A stretch of DNA of 64,000 bases from Nitrosopumilus sp. GTDB taxonomy: Archaea > Thermoproteota > Nitrososphaeria > Nitrososphaerales > Nitrosopumilaceae. The position numbers and the translations under genes were made by a program. Positions 38,197 to 47,476 of this stretch are shown here, in pieces. Below the pieces are notes generated by a model. The model saw only the letters and a list, made by a program, of their open reading frames with translations, did no database searches and was not told the origin of the DNA. The number at the start of each line of letters is the position of its first letter. Position 1 is the stretch's first letter. The stretch spans positions 896,001 to 960,000 of the forward strand of contig CBDBLO010000002.1 in NCBI GenBank assembly GCA_965207075.1, given 5' to 3'.

Positions 38197-40287
38197 CTAG
38201 ACTCCGCCTTCCCGCGCGTCCTGGGCCTTCAGGTTCTCTCTCTTTTTCTTTAGCGCGACAAATATTACGATTATCGCGCTGATCCACACCACCGAGAGTA
38301 GGATGTTTGCAATGCTGATGTACATGAACGGCGTGGCCTCGGTGAGGTGCACCTTCAGCGCTAGGCTTGACTCGTTTATGTTGAGCATTCCTGTGTGGAA
38401 CGCGGCGCTGTCCCTTGGCGACGTGGCTACCTTGTCCACCCTCTCTATCAGGGCGCCGATGTCGGCGTCCATCCTCACAAAGTTGGTGGTCTCGATGTCA
38501 AACAGCCACACGGGATTCTTTGACGTCAGCACGCCGTTGGCGTCCCTCTTTTCTGGGATGAGCCCGTTTGCAAGGACCAACTGCATGTCCGCCTTTGCCT
38601 CCTGCAGGTGGGCCTTTACGGTGGCGGGATCCGACGACGCGATGGCCCCGTCAAGGTTTCCCCTCATGCGGTCGATTGGGTAGATGTCGTTGCTGTACCC
38701 CTGGTATGCCATAAAGCCGCCTATGACGATTATCGAGATTATGCCCCCTATTGCAAGCTTGTATATCCTGTCGGCCATCCTTTCCCTTCTCGTGCGTATG
38801 CGGGCCGCCGCTGATTTATTTCTTTTAAACCTGGTGTGCGCTATGCTCATGTACGCTATGTAAAAGAATCCAATCGTCTGCAGGCCTATGATCGGGGCAA
38901 ACACGGCGTTGCCCGACGTGATGGCCACAAACACGCCCACCGTACCGTACACCCCGAAGAATATCTCCAGCAGCGTAACCTGTGAGAACGGCAGGTTGTA
39001 CGCATTGTCCTTCCAGTCGTCCTTGTCCCTGAGCATGCCGTACTTGGGAGTGCGCAGAAACTCGTTCTTCTTTCCCAGCACGGCGTCGAACACGGCCACC
39101 GTGTTGTTTACTGATATGCCCGCGGTGTATATCAGCAGGAACGGCATGGTGGCGGCCCTTGAGAGCCACGACGGCCCGTCGTACATGCCGCGTATTATCA
39201 TGAGGTATGCGCCGGGACCCATGGCCAGGTACAGCGCGATCGTGAGGGCCGGCACCAGGCTCATGATGTAGACGTCGACGTGGCTTGCCAGCAGTATGGG
39301 CAGCGCCAGGAACTGTACGAGCATGAGCGGGAATACGACGTGGCGCGTCAGCTGCACGAACGCCTGTATCTTGGTCTCGGCTGCCACCAGCCTGCTTGCC
39401 ACTATATCCGACAGGAGCTTTACGGCGCACTGTATGGAGCCCTTTGCCCACCGGTACTGCTGGCGCTTTGCGGCGTTCATCTGCATGGGGAGCTCCGCGT
39501 CCACCACTATGTGGGGCAGGAAGACGCACCTCCAGTTCTTCATCTGGGCCCTGTAACTTAGGTCAAGATCCTCGACCAGCGTGGCCGTGTGCCACCCACC
39601 GGAGTCCTCTATGCACTCGCGCCTCCAGATCCCGGCCGTGCCGTTAAAGTTCATGAACAGCTTCGAGTTGCTCTTTGCCTTTTGCTCTATCAGGAAGTGA
39701 AAGTCGAGGCTGAGTGCCTGCGCCCTTGTTATGGCCGAATAGTTCTCGTTTGCGTGGCCCCACCTGCACTGGACCAGCCCTATGTCAGACTTTGCAAAGT
39801 GCGGTATGGCGCGCCTCAGGAACCACTCGGGCGGCATAAAGTCCGCGTCAAATATGGCCACCAGCTCCGTGTCGGTGCTCTTCATCGCGTGCTTGAGGGC
39901 CCCGGCCTTGTATCCGGCGCGCGTGCCGCGCCTTATGTGCTCTATCTTGAACCCCTCCTTGCTGTAGTGGGACACGACGTCCCGCATTATGCCGACCGTG
40001 TCGTCATCCGAGTCGTCAAGCACCATTATGCGCATCTTGCTTCGCGGATAGTCGAGCGCGCACACCGCGTCGACCAGGCGCCTTGCCACGTACTTCTCGT
40101 TGTATATGGGAAGCTGTATGGTTATGGACGGCTCGCCGGCATCCTGTACGGTGGCGGGCCTGTCCTTGCGCCTCCTTGAGAGGTATGCAAGGTAGTAAAA
40201 GTTGCAGGTGTACGCGGTTATCAGGACGGATGCTATGATGAATATGTCAAACACTATTTTTGCAAGGGGAACCATGGAAAGTTCCAT
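38197..40287 (-). CDS. Processive GT2 glycosyltransferase (cellulose-synthase-like/CslA-like)
   Basis: IQLPIYNE, LDDSDD, KAGAL, FDADF, VEDLDLS, QQYRW (QxxRW), multiple TMs plus a C-terminal extracytoplasmic domain. Confidence 0.92.
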   Translation of the reverse strand: MELSMVPLAKIVFDIFIIASVLITAYTCNFYYLAYLSRRRKDRPATVQDAGEPSITIQLPIYNEKYVARRLVDAVCALDYPRSKMRIMVLDDSDDDTVGIMRDVVSHYSKEGFKIEHIRRGTRAGYKAGALKHAMKSTDTELVAIFDADFMPPEWFLRRAIPHFAKSDIGLVQCRWGHANENYSAITRAQALSLDFHFLIEQKAKSNSKLFMNFNGTAGIWRRECIEDSGGWHTATLVEDLDLSYRAQMKNWRCVFLPHIVVDAELPMQMNAAKRQQYRWAKGSIQCAVKLLSDIVASRLVAAETKIQAFVQLTRHVVFPLMLVQFLALPILLASHVDVYIMSLVPALTIALYLAMGPGAYLMIIRGMYDGPSWLSRAATMPFLLIYTAGISVNNTVAVFDAVLGKKNEFLRTPKYGMLRDKDDWKDNAYNLPFSQVTLLEIFFGVYGTVGVFVAITSGNAVFAPIIGLQTIGFFYIAYMSIAHTRFKRNKSAAARIRTRRERMADRIYKLAIGGIISIIVIGGFMAYQGYSNDIYPIDRMRGNLDGAIASSDPATVKAHLQEAKADMQLVLANGLIPEKRDANGVLTSKNPVWLFDIETTNFVRMDADIGALIERVDKVATSPRDSAAFHTGMLNINESSLALKVHLTEATPFMYISIANILLSVVWISAIIVIFVALKKKRENLKAQDAREGGV

Positions 40288-40290
40288 GGT
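40271..40290. promoter_or_regulatory. Inverted repeat ACCATGGAA-AG-TTCCATGGT covering both candidate start codons of the GT2 gene
   Basis: 9-bp perfect arms; minus-strand TATA-like ATAAATA at ~40310-40316. Confidence 0.45.
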
Positions 40291-40390
40291 GTGTGGGGCT
40301 GTCCTTGGGTATTTATGTCTGCAAGCGTTTTTTGCAGTCTTGCTGCAGCGGCATGCGCCGGGGCGTGCCGGCCTCCTTGGGCTGCAGCCC

Positions 40391-41350
40391 TTACTTTTGC
40401 TCGAATATCTTGATTGCCTGCGGCGGGCATACGCCCTCGCATGCAAGGCAGAATATGCAGTCCGGCTCCTTTGACATCAGGGGCTTTTTCTCCGATGCCG
40501 GGTTTCCCGGCGTGTCGAACCACTCGTACACGCTTACGGGGCAGGCCTCTATGCACCCGCCGTCCGCGACGCATATGTCATAGTCTACCGACACAAACTC
40601 GCCCCAGACACCCATTATGGCGTTGCTGGCGCCCTTGCGTCCCCACGTCTTTATGGTGTGCTCCGGTGCCTGGTATGACGAGGACTGCTTCATCTTTGAC
40701 TTGTAGTCCACGTCTATGGGCCCCGGCTTTGCCCCGTCGGGAACCTCCATCACGTCGTCTCCGTCCTCCTCCTCGGCGTCCTCGGAGGCCTCGACGGGCT
40801 TTGGCTTTGCGCCCATGACTATCTTGGCCAGGGGCGTCAACTCTTCGAGCTTTTGGATTGCCATGACCTCTGATATCTTCTCGGCCTTTGCATAGTGCGA
40901 CACGAGCTTGTCGGCCAGGATCGTGTTGCGCAGTATCGTGTCTATTATCATCTTTGCAAAGTGATCCGCCTTCTTCCTATAGTCTGCCACCCAGTTCTGG
41001 TCGCCGTACCTCTCGATTGGAAATATCTGGTATATTATGTCCACCACCTCTCCCGTTACAATCTCCACCGTAACGGACAGCTCGGCCTCCTCCGCGTTGT
41101 CCGGGCTGCTCTCCTTCCAGCGGTACGTGGCAAATATCCTGTCCGCGTACATGTCCATCTCAAAGGCCTTTTTGAGCCCCTCGTACACCGACCATATCTC
41201 GCCGGGCTCCTCGAGCTTGACTGGGATCCTGTAGAGCCCGAGCTTGAAGCCGTGCAGCGGGTACACGCCGCGCTTTGCAGTGGGGGCCTCCATGGACCAT
41301 ACTCTGTCCTTGAGAAGTTGCGACATTAGATCTACATGTAACTCGGACAT
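40391..41350 (-). CDS. Ferredoxin-domain fusion protein (C-terminal dicluster ferredoxin)
   Basis: CVADGGCIEACP and CIFCLACEGVCP motifs after an acidic linker; ~190-aa N-terminal domain of unknown function. Confidence 0.88.
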   Translation of the reverse strand: MSELHVDLMSQLLKDRVWSMEAPTAKRGVYPLHGFKLGLYRIPVKLEEPGEIWSVYEGLKKAFEMDMYADRIFATYRWKESSPDNAEEAELSVTVEIVTGEVVDIIYQIFPIERYGDQNWVADYRKKADHFAKMIIDTILRNTILADKLVSHYAKAEKISEVMAIQKLEELTPLAKIVMGAKPKPVEASEDAEEEDGDDVMEVPDGAKPGPIDVDYKSKMKQSSSYQAPEHTIKTWGRKGASNAIMGVWGEFVSVDYDICVADGGCIEACPVSVYEWFDTPGNPASEKKPLMSKEPDCIFCLACEGVCPPQAIKIFEQK

Positions 41351-41498
41351 TTTTCTTTAAAAATCTTGCCAATGGCGGCCTGTTTTCCTGATTGCGCCCG
41401 AAGCGCCCGCGCGGAATGGCAGATCAAGACCCCTAGCAGCGTGTCGTTCGTGCCGCCGCCGGGAATTCGGCAGGCGTGCAGATCTCATCGGGAGAGTT

Positions 41499-41846
41499 CT
41501 AGTCGTCCGGGCAGGTGAGCTCCCTGAGCTCCGTATACCGCTTCTCGATGGAGTCGGCGTGGCCGGTCACATCGGAGATGTCGTGCGCGTCCTTGGTGTA
41601 ATACCACCTGATGGGCACTTTGTGCCCGACGCCGTCCATGCCGTATATGACACCCATGTCTGCCTCTATGCCTGTCTTCTCGTCGACTGACCTCTCCTTG
41701 GGTTCGAGGCCCCTCTTTGTGCGGTCAAGCAGCACGTATGCGCTGCCGTCGTCGGTGATCGTATAGAATGATCCTGTTCTGAGCGTCCGTTCGTCGTGGC
41801 TGTGGTGGTCTTGCTTGCCACTGTCACTGCCGTCATCGGTCGCCAT
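41499..41846 (-). CDS. Hypothetical protein, co-oriented with and 14 bp downstream of rhodanese
   Basis: 115-aa ORF with normal codon usage, ends LRELTCPDD. Confidence 0.7.
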   Translation of the reverse strand: MATDDGSDSGKQDHHSHDERTLRTGSFYTITDDGSAYVLLDRTKRGLEPKERSVDEKTGIEADMGVIYGMDGVGHKVPIRWYYTKDAHDISDVTGHADSIEKRYTELRELTCPDD

Positions 41847-41859
41847 TGCGCCGCCCGTG

Positions 41860-42711
41860 TTACTTTTCGACGGGGTTTCCGATCATGTTGCCCCACTCGG
41901 TCCACGATCCGTCGTAGTTGCGCACCCTCGGATAGCCTAGCAGGTACTTTAGGACGAACCAGCTGTGCGACGACCTCTCGCCGATCCTGCAGTAGCATAT
42001 GACGTCCTTGTCGGGAGTCACCCCCTTGGGCTCGTAGTTGGCCCTCAGCTCGTCCGCGCTCTTGAAGGTCCCGTCCTCGTCGTTTACGGCGGTGAGCCAG
42101 GGTATGCTGTTTGCGCCAGGTATGTGCCCCCCGCGCTGCGCGTTCTCTGTCGGATATTCCGGCGGTGCGGTGATCTGTCCTGAAAATTCCGCCGGGGATC
42201 TGACGTCGACCATTACCGTATCGTCCCTGTCCAAGGCCCTGCGCGCGTCGGCAAGGTAGGCCCTGAGCCCCTCGTCAGGCGGCTGCGCCGTGTACGCTGT
42301 GGCCGGTACCTCGGGCTCCGCGTCGGTGGTGTACGCCCGGCCCTCGAGCTCCCACTTTTTCCGCCCGCCGTTCATGATCCTTACGTTTTCGTGTCCGTAA
42401 TACTTGAAGATCCAAAACACGAACGCCGCAAACCAGTTGTTAAAGTCCCCGTACAGTATGACCTCGGAATCCGCCGTTATGCCGTTTCTTGACATTAGCG
42501 ACTCGAATGCCTTTTTGCCTATGATGTCGCGCGTGACGGGGTCGTTGATATCGCGCTTCCACCATATCAGGGTGGCACCTCTTATGTGCCCCTTTTCATA
42601 CGCGTTGGTCGGGTCGTAGTCAACCTCCACAAGCCTCCGATTATCGCCAGGCTGGTTATCCTGCACCCACTGCGTGTCGACCAGAACCTCGGGGCGTGCG
42701 TAACCTCCCAT
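41860..42711 (-). CDS. Thiosulfate sulfurtransferase (tandem-domain rhodanese)
   Basis: YEKGHIRGA, GGHIPGA, YCRIGERSS active-site loop, YDGSWTEWGN. Confidence 0.95.
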   Translation of the reverse strand: MGGYARPEVLVDTQWVQDNQPGDNRRLVEVDYDPTNAYEKGHIRGATLIWWKRDINDPVTRDIIGKKAFESLMSRNGITADSEVILYGDFNNWFAAFVFWIFKYYGHENVRIMNGGRKKWELEGRAYTTDAEPEVPATAYTAQPPDEGLRAYLADARRALDRDDTVMVDVRSPAEFSGQITAPPEYPTENAQRGGHIPGANSIPWLTAVNDEDGTFKSADELRANYEPKGVTPDKDVICYCRIGERSSHSWFVLKYLLGYPRVRNYDGSWTEWGNMIGNPVEK

Positions 42712-42946
42712 GCCGCCCTTCCCATGCCGTCGTTATTTAGTGGTTTGTATGCGCAATCTTGGTTCTCTGGAGCCCTTGTGCGCACCCTTCTCCCCTCCCC
42801 CTCCCCCTCCCCCTCCCCCCCTCCACCACCACCCCGCCACTACCGCCTGTTTGGGGTCGCCGCTCCTGACCACCTCGACTGTCCTCTTTCTCTGGACAGT
42901 CGATGGTGTATCGCGATTGTCGGTGCCCGCGGAAAAGCGCAGCCCC

Positions 42947-43042
42947 GGCTCGCCGCACGCCTGTGATCCGGGGCTCGCCGCACGCCTGTGATCCGGGGCT
43001 CGCCGCACGCCTGTGATCCGGGGCTCGCCGCACGCCTGATCC
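42947..43042 (+). repeat. 25-bp intergenic tandem repeat (~3.8 copies) in the divergent rhodanese/NAD kinase spacer
   Basis: GGCTCGCCGCACGCCTGTGATCCGG x3 plus a fourth copy with a 2-nt deletion; no spacers. Confidence 0.95.
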
Positions 43043-43117
43043 TGCGGTGACCTACCCCCTGTACTCTGCATTCGGGACTCGCTGCAAAAACGATTTAAGA
43101 CGATCGTGCCGTATGAG

Positions 43118-43939
43118 ATGCAGTTGAATCTTAGGCGCGTCGCGATTGTAAGCAAGGTGGGATCAAGGGAGTCCGAGGAGGCTGCCGTCAGAGTGGCCCG
43201 AATGTTCCTGGCCGGGGGTTCCATGGTGTATACCATATCGCCCGTTGGCATGGATGGGGCGCAGCGCGTTGAGGCGCTGGAGGACCTGCAGAACGTGCGC
43301 CTTGACCTCGTGGTGACGCTAGGCGGGGACGGAACCACACTGCGGGCGTTCCGGAGTCTCGAGAACAATACCCCCATACTGACGGTAAACGTGGGCGGCA
43401 ACCGCGGCATACTGGCCGAGATCACCATGGACGACGTTGAGGGCGCGATAGACCAGATCCGGAAGGGCAAGTTCTTTCTTGACAGGCGCACCCGCCTCGT
43501 CGCATCGGTGGGCGGCCGCGACCTTCCACCCGCCCTCAACGAGGTGTACATCAGCCGATCCAACATGACTAAAACCTCGGAGATAGAGATCCAGTTCCGT
43601 AATGACACGGTGCGGCAGAAGATGGACGGGCTCATCGTGGCCACCCCGAGCGGCTCGACGGGGCACTCGTTCTCCCTTGGCGGCCCCATACTGCACGAGA
43701 GCCTTGACGTGCTGATACTGACGCCCGTGGCGCCGGTGTACAGGCTCGCATCGCTTGTGGTGCCCGACCAGAAGGTGGCGGTGATATCATCGCACGACTG
43801 CAAGGTGGTGGTGGATGCACAGGTGATACAGGACGTCGGATACGGCGAGGTCATCACCATACGCCGGCACAAGAAACCAGCCGTCTTCATACGGCTTAAG
43901 AAGCGCGGCCTGAGGCAGATGAGCAAGCTTGGATTTTAG
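43118..43939 (+). CDS. nadK: NAD(+) kinase
   Basis: TLGGDGTTL, LNE, DGLIVATPSGSTGHSFSLGGP. Confidence 0.93.
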   Translation: MQLNLRRVAIVSKVGSRESEEAAVRVARMFLAGGSMVYTISPVGMDGAQRVEALEDLQNVRLDLVVTLGGDGTTLRAFRSLENNTPILTVNVGGNRGILAEITMDDVEGAIDQIRKGKFFLDRRTRLVASVGGRDLPPALNEVYISRSNMTKTSEIEIQFRNDTVRQKMDGLIVATPSGSTGHSFSLGGPILHESLDVLILTPVAPVYRLASLVVPDQKVAVISSHDCKVVVDAQVIQDVGYGEVITIRRHKKPAVFIRLKKRGLRQMSKLGF

Positions 43940-44549
43940 GCGGCCTGTCGTACTTGACGCAAGCGCGTTTTATGCCGGCGTGCCGTTTGCGGGGTGGGAC
44001 TCCGCGCCCGGCGCGTCGTACGTGACGACGCCGGACGTATACGACGAGGTGTCCCACATCAAGAGCGGTCACGGCGCGCTGGACGTACTGATTGCGTCGG
44101 GCCGCCTGTCGCTTGAAAAGCCCGCCCCTGCGAGCATGGACGAGGCGCGCCGCGCCGCCGAGGCGACCGGTGACATGCCGAACCTATCGGGGCCCGACGT
44201 CTCGGCCATAGCGCTTTGCATGCAGGCCGGCCTCGGGATCGTGACAGACGACTATGCCGTGTCAAACGTGATGCGCTCGCTAAACCTCGGTGTTACGCCC
44301 GTGATGACGCGGGGAATATCGGCCGTGATGAGATGGCTGTACTACTGTCCCGGGTGCTCGTACGGGGGGACGGGCGACGAGGTTCGTGCCGGTGGCGCCG
44401 GTGGCCGCGGCGGCATCCGCAGCAGACGTGCCAAGGGCGTCGGCGCGGCCCCTTCGGACGGCAACGGCTCCAAACGGGGGAGGATCGAATGCCCGTCATG
44501 CGGAACCGCGCTCAAGAGGCGGGCGCTCAAGAGGGGCGAGGCAAAGTGA
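43929..44549 (+). CDS. NOB1-like PIN-domain endonuclease with Zn ribbon
   Basis: VLDASAF, TTPDVYDEV, LSGPDVSAIAL, VTDDYAVSN; CPGC...CPSCG ribbon split by a Gly/Arg-rich insert. Confidence 0.9.
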   Translation: MDFRRPVVLDASAFYAGVPFAGWDSAPGASYVTTPDVYDEVSHIKSGHGALDVLIASGRLSLEKPAPASMDEARRAAEATGDMPNLSGPDVSAIALCMQAGLGIVTDDYAVSNVMRSLNLGVTPVMTRGISAVMRWLYYCPGCSYGGTGDEVRAGGAGGRGGIRSRRAKGVGAAPSDGNGSKRGRIECPSCGTALKRRALKRGEAK

Positions 44550-44600
44550 CGGCTGCCGCCGCCTCGTGCGTTGCGCCACTGCAAGCGCGTCCTTTTTTGG

Positions 44601-45305
44601 TCATTTCGGGCCGGGATCCTCCAGCCTGGTCTGCCCGCCGCCTGCCCGCCCGGCCTTTTTGCCTGCCGTGTCGGCGTTGAGCGCGTTTCTGATGCGCTCG
44701 GCCCTTGACTCTCCCATGCCCTCCACCTTTAGCAGTTCTGACTTTGTCGCTGAGAGTGCTCCCATGGGGGTGCCGAACTTTTCGAGCATGCGGGTGGCAA
44801 ACGTCTCGCCCACGCCCGGCAGGCTGCACAGTATGGAAAGCTGCTGCCGCTGCACGTCCTCGGACTTTCTTATCTTTTTGATGTACGGCCCGCCCACGCC
44901 GTTCCTTTTTTTTGCTGCCATCGCAATCAGCAGCTTTGCGGTGTGTACCGCGCTTGGGGTGGGCATGACGGGTATGCCAAACTCCATCACCGCGGTGGAC
45001 ACCGCGCCGTAAAAGATCATGGGGTTTTCCGTAATCTCCTCCAGCTCGTCGAGGTTCCCCTCGACAAGTATGGCGGGGCGCTCAAAATGCTCCCTGAGCT
45101 TGGAGCATTGCTCAAACAGCCTCCCGTCAAATATCGACGAGACCAGATCGCGCACCGACTTCCTCTCTATGACCGTCTCGGGAGCGACAATGTAGTCACC
45201 AACGGGAAGCGTCTTTATCTCCAGGTTGATTCCTATCTCCTTGAGAAGCTGCGGTATTCCGCTCTTGCGCTCCCTGTCGTCTGCCACAATTCGTATAAAG
45301 TCCAC
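44601..45305 (-). CDS. ERCC4/XPF-type nuclease with HhH domains
   Basis: IVADDRE, GDYIV...IERKSVRDL...DGRLFEQ, SLPGVG and VEGMG HhH motifs. Confidence 0.93.
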   Translation of the reverse strand: MDFIRIVADDRERKSGIPQLLKEIGINLEIKTLPVGDYIVAPETVIERKSVRDLVSSIFDGRLFEQCSKLREHFERPAILVEGNLDELEEITENPMIFYGAVSTAVMEFGIPVMPTPSAVHTAKLLIAMAAKKRNGVGGPYIKKIRKSEDVQRQQLSILCSLPGVGETFATRMLEKFGTPMGALSATKSELLKVEGMGESRAERIRNALNADTAGKKAGRAGGGQTRLEDPGPK

Positions 45306-45400
45306 AGCTATGTGACACTGCGCGAGGCGTTGTTATATGCTTTTGAGGCCTGGCGGCGGGCACGTCGTGTTGTCTGTTCAGGGGTTGCCCCAAGCGGGGG

Positions 45401-45853
45401 TTATGACGGCGGCGTTGTTGTTGATGATGATGGTGATGATGATGGTGATGATGGCGGCGGCGGTGACGACTGCGCCATGCCGCGCCTCATCGCCTCTGTA
45501 ATCTTGGCCTCTTGCTCCTTGAGCGACTCTAACAGTCTTGACTCTTGCTTGCCCGTGACTGCAGAGCGCGTGTTTGCAAGCTCTTGCCTCTCTTCCAGCT
45601 CGGACAGCATGTTGGCCCTCGTGGTCCTGATAAGCACGCTTCCCGCAAACTTGTACACCGTCTCGTCGTCGCTTGCCTTTTTCAGCTCGTCCAATGTGCG
45701 CGAGACGTTGACCTTTTCGGACTCTAGCTGCTGCTTTTGCATGGATATCATTTGGAGCTCCTGTTGCGTCTTTTGGAACTTTGCCACCTGCTCTTGCAGC
45801 CATGGAGGTATCTGCGGCGGAGCCCCGCCCCCTGACGCACCCATGCCTGACAT
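45401..45853 (-). CDS. pfdB: Prefoldin beta subunit
   Basis: QIPPWLQEQVAKFQ...VYKFAGSVLI coiled-coil/hairpin; expected operon position; Ser/Pro tail. Confidence 0.92.
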   Translation of the reverse strand: MSGMGASGGGAPPQIPPWLQEQVAKFQKTQQELQMISMQKQQLESEKVNVSRTLDELKKASDDETVYKFAGSVLIRTTRANMLSELEERQELANTRSAVTGKQESRLLESLKEQEAKITEAMRRGMAQSSPPPPSSPSSSPSSSTTTPPS

Positions 45854-46035
45854 GGGGCCTCTCTCCCGCGTTGCGTTATATCTTTACCGATTGGGCCGAC
45901 GTTCTGCGCCACATCCCTCCGCCGCACTTCTTGCTCGGTGCCGGTACGCGCAGCCGGCGGCATGATGCAAGCACGGAGAACCACCTCGGGCTCATCCGGG
46001 GAGTGGGGGGGGGGGGGAAGAGGGGGAGGAGGAGG

Positions 46036-46425
46036 CTACCTGGCCGGCCCCGACGAGGCCGTTATGGACGCGTGGCATGCCTGGATGAGCCTGAGTGTGG
46101 AGTTCAGGTTTGCGCGCAGGTGGGCAAGGTTGTCTGCCTCTGACGTTATCACGAGTCTGCCGTCTTCGGCCATTGTAATTGACGTGCTTACGGGGTTCTC
46201 GGGGTAAAACGACTCGTCAGTGCTGATCGACTCGTATATGGCCGGTATGATTCCGGAGCCGCCGCGCCCCCGCCGCGCCCCCGATGACGTAGGCGCCGGT
46301 TCCGCCTTTTTGCGCCGCTGCCGCCGCCCCTGCACTTGCGTACGTGATTCTGTATGCGCATCGAGTGCCGCCACAGTCGCGTGCAAGCCCTCGTCTACCG
46401 TCGTGGTGGCTCTATACCTTGACAT
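46036..46425 (-). CDS. pcc1: KEOPS complex subunit Pcc1 (with internal basic insert)
   Basis: IYESISTD..FYPENPV...LVITSEADNLAHLRANLNSTLRLI; located between rpl37ae and pfdB. Confidence 0.8.
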   Translation of the reverse strand: MSRYRATTTVDEGLHATVAALDAHTESRTQVQGRRQRRKKAEPAPTSSGARRGRGGSGIIPAIYESISTDESFYPENPVSTSITMAEDGRLVITSEADNLAHLRANLNSTLRLIQACHASITASSGPAR

Positions 46426-46624
46426 CGTACGCCGTTCCAGCTATCTTAAAGCCGCACTTTTTGCACGACCATATGCCGACTGCGTCCCTGCCGAACGTCC
46501 CGGATCCGCACTCCGGACACGATCTCTTCTGCTTTAGCTGAAAGTGAACCTTCGTGTACTGCTTGCGTATCTTTATGCCGTACCTTGCGCCAAGCCCCTT
46601 TAGGGACTTTTTCTTCTTTGCCAT
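46412..46624 (-). CDS. rpl37ae: 50S ribosomal protein L37Ae (eL43)
   Basis: GARYG, CPEC...GIWSCKKC, AGTAY. Confidence 0.95.
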   Translation of the reverse strand: MAKKKKSLKGLGARYGIKIRKQYTKVHFQLKQKRSCPECGSGTFGRDAVGIWSCKKCGFKIAGTAYDVKV

Positions 46625-46636
46625 CTGATCGCCCAC

Positions 46637-47464
46637 CTATTGTTCTGCGTCTGAACCGGCCGATATGCCGTCAAACTTTTTCCTAATCTCGGCGCCAATC
46701 CTTGCGGAGGTCTTGCCGCACTCCTTTATCTGCTCCAGGGTGAACCCGTCATGGCCGCCCTTTTGCATGGCGCAGATGTTGCCGTCCGAGTTCGTGGTTA
46801 TTGTAACACGCGCATCCTTGCACTGCCACTCGTCGGCGTTGGGATCCACCAGTATGTGCTGGCCTATCCTCACCATCGTAACGGATACGGGTATCGTGCC
46901 GACCGGAAGATCCGCCTCGGAGCCCTCCACGAGCGCGGGCGCATCGTCTTTGAACTCCCACTTTGGGCTCTTGGTGGACAGCAGCGCGGCAGTGGCAGCA
47001 AACGAGCATGCGTCAAAGAGGTTCCCGTCGTAGTCGACCACCACGTTGTCTGCAAACACCCCCACGACCGACTTGTTCTCCTTTATTACAAGCTGGCTTA
47101 CGTCTATCATGTGGCTCTCGCGTATGCCGCGGTCGACCACCCTTGCAAGCTCTATCACGTGGGGCCCCGGCGGACCGGTCTCCACCGAGGGGTGCGACAG
47201 CGGAAGCATCTCGGCCGTGCATATGAATACGCCCTTGTCCCCGGAGTCCGGAAACGGCCTGTCCGGCTGTATCTTTACGCCGCAGACAACCTCTGTGTCC
47301 CCTATCCTGACCCGCGCGGAGCCGTTGGCCTTTGGAATCGCGCCGGTCTCAATTGAGATCTCCCTGAACTCGTCAAAGGCCCTGCCGTCAAGCCGCTTGC
47401 CCTGCTCTAAGAGCTCCTCGATCCTTGCCTTTTTCAGTGAGTCTATTATTGCCGCCTCTGCCAT
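46637..47464 (-). CDS. rrp42: Exosome subunit Rrp42
   Basis: RLDGR..DEFREI, GSARVRIGDT, ELARVVDRGIRES, DYDGNLFDA, MQKGG. Confidence 0.96.
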   Translation of the reverse strand: MAEAAIIDSLKKARIEELLEQGKRLDGRAFDEFREISIETGAIPKANGSARVRIGDTEVVCGVKIQPDRPFPDSGDKGVFICTAEMLPLSHPSVETGPPGPHVIELARVVDRGIRESHMIDVSQLVIKENKSVVGVFADNVVVDYDGNLFDACSFAATAALLSTKSPKWEFKDDAPALVEGSEADLPVGTIPVSVTMVRIGQHILVDPNADEWQCKDARVTITTNSDGNICAMQKGGHDGFTLEQIKECGKTSARIGAEIRKKFDGISAGSDAEQ

Positions 47465-47476
47465 TTCAGTCTCCTC

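Noticed and set aside
42947-43042. Possible CRISPR array (25-bp repeats)
   Set aside because: Repeats are head-to-tail with no unique spacers, and there are no cas genes in the window.
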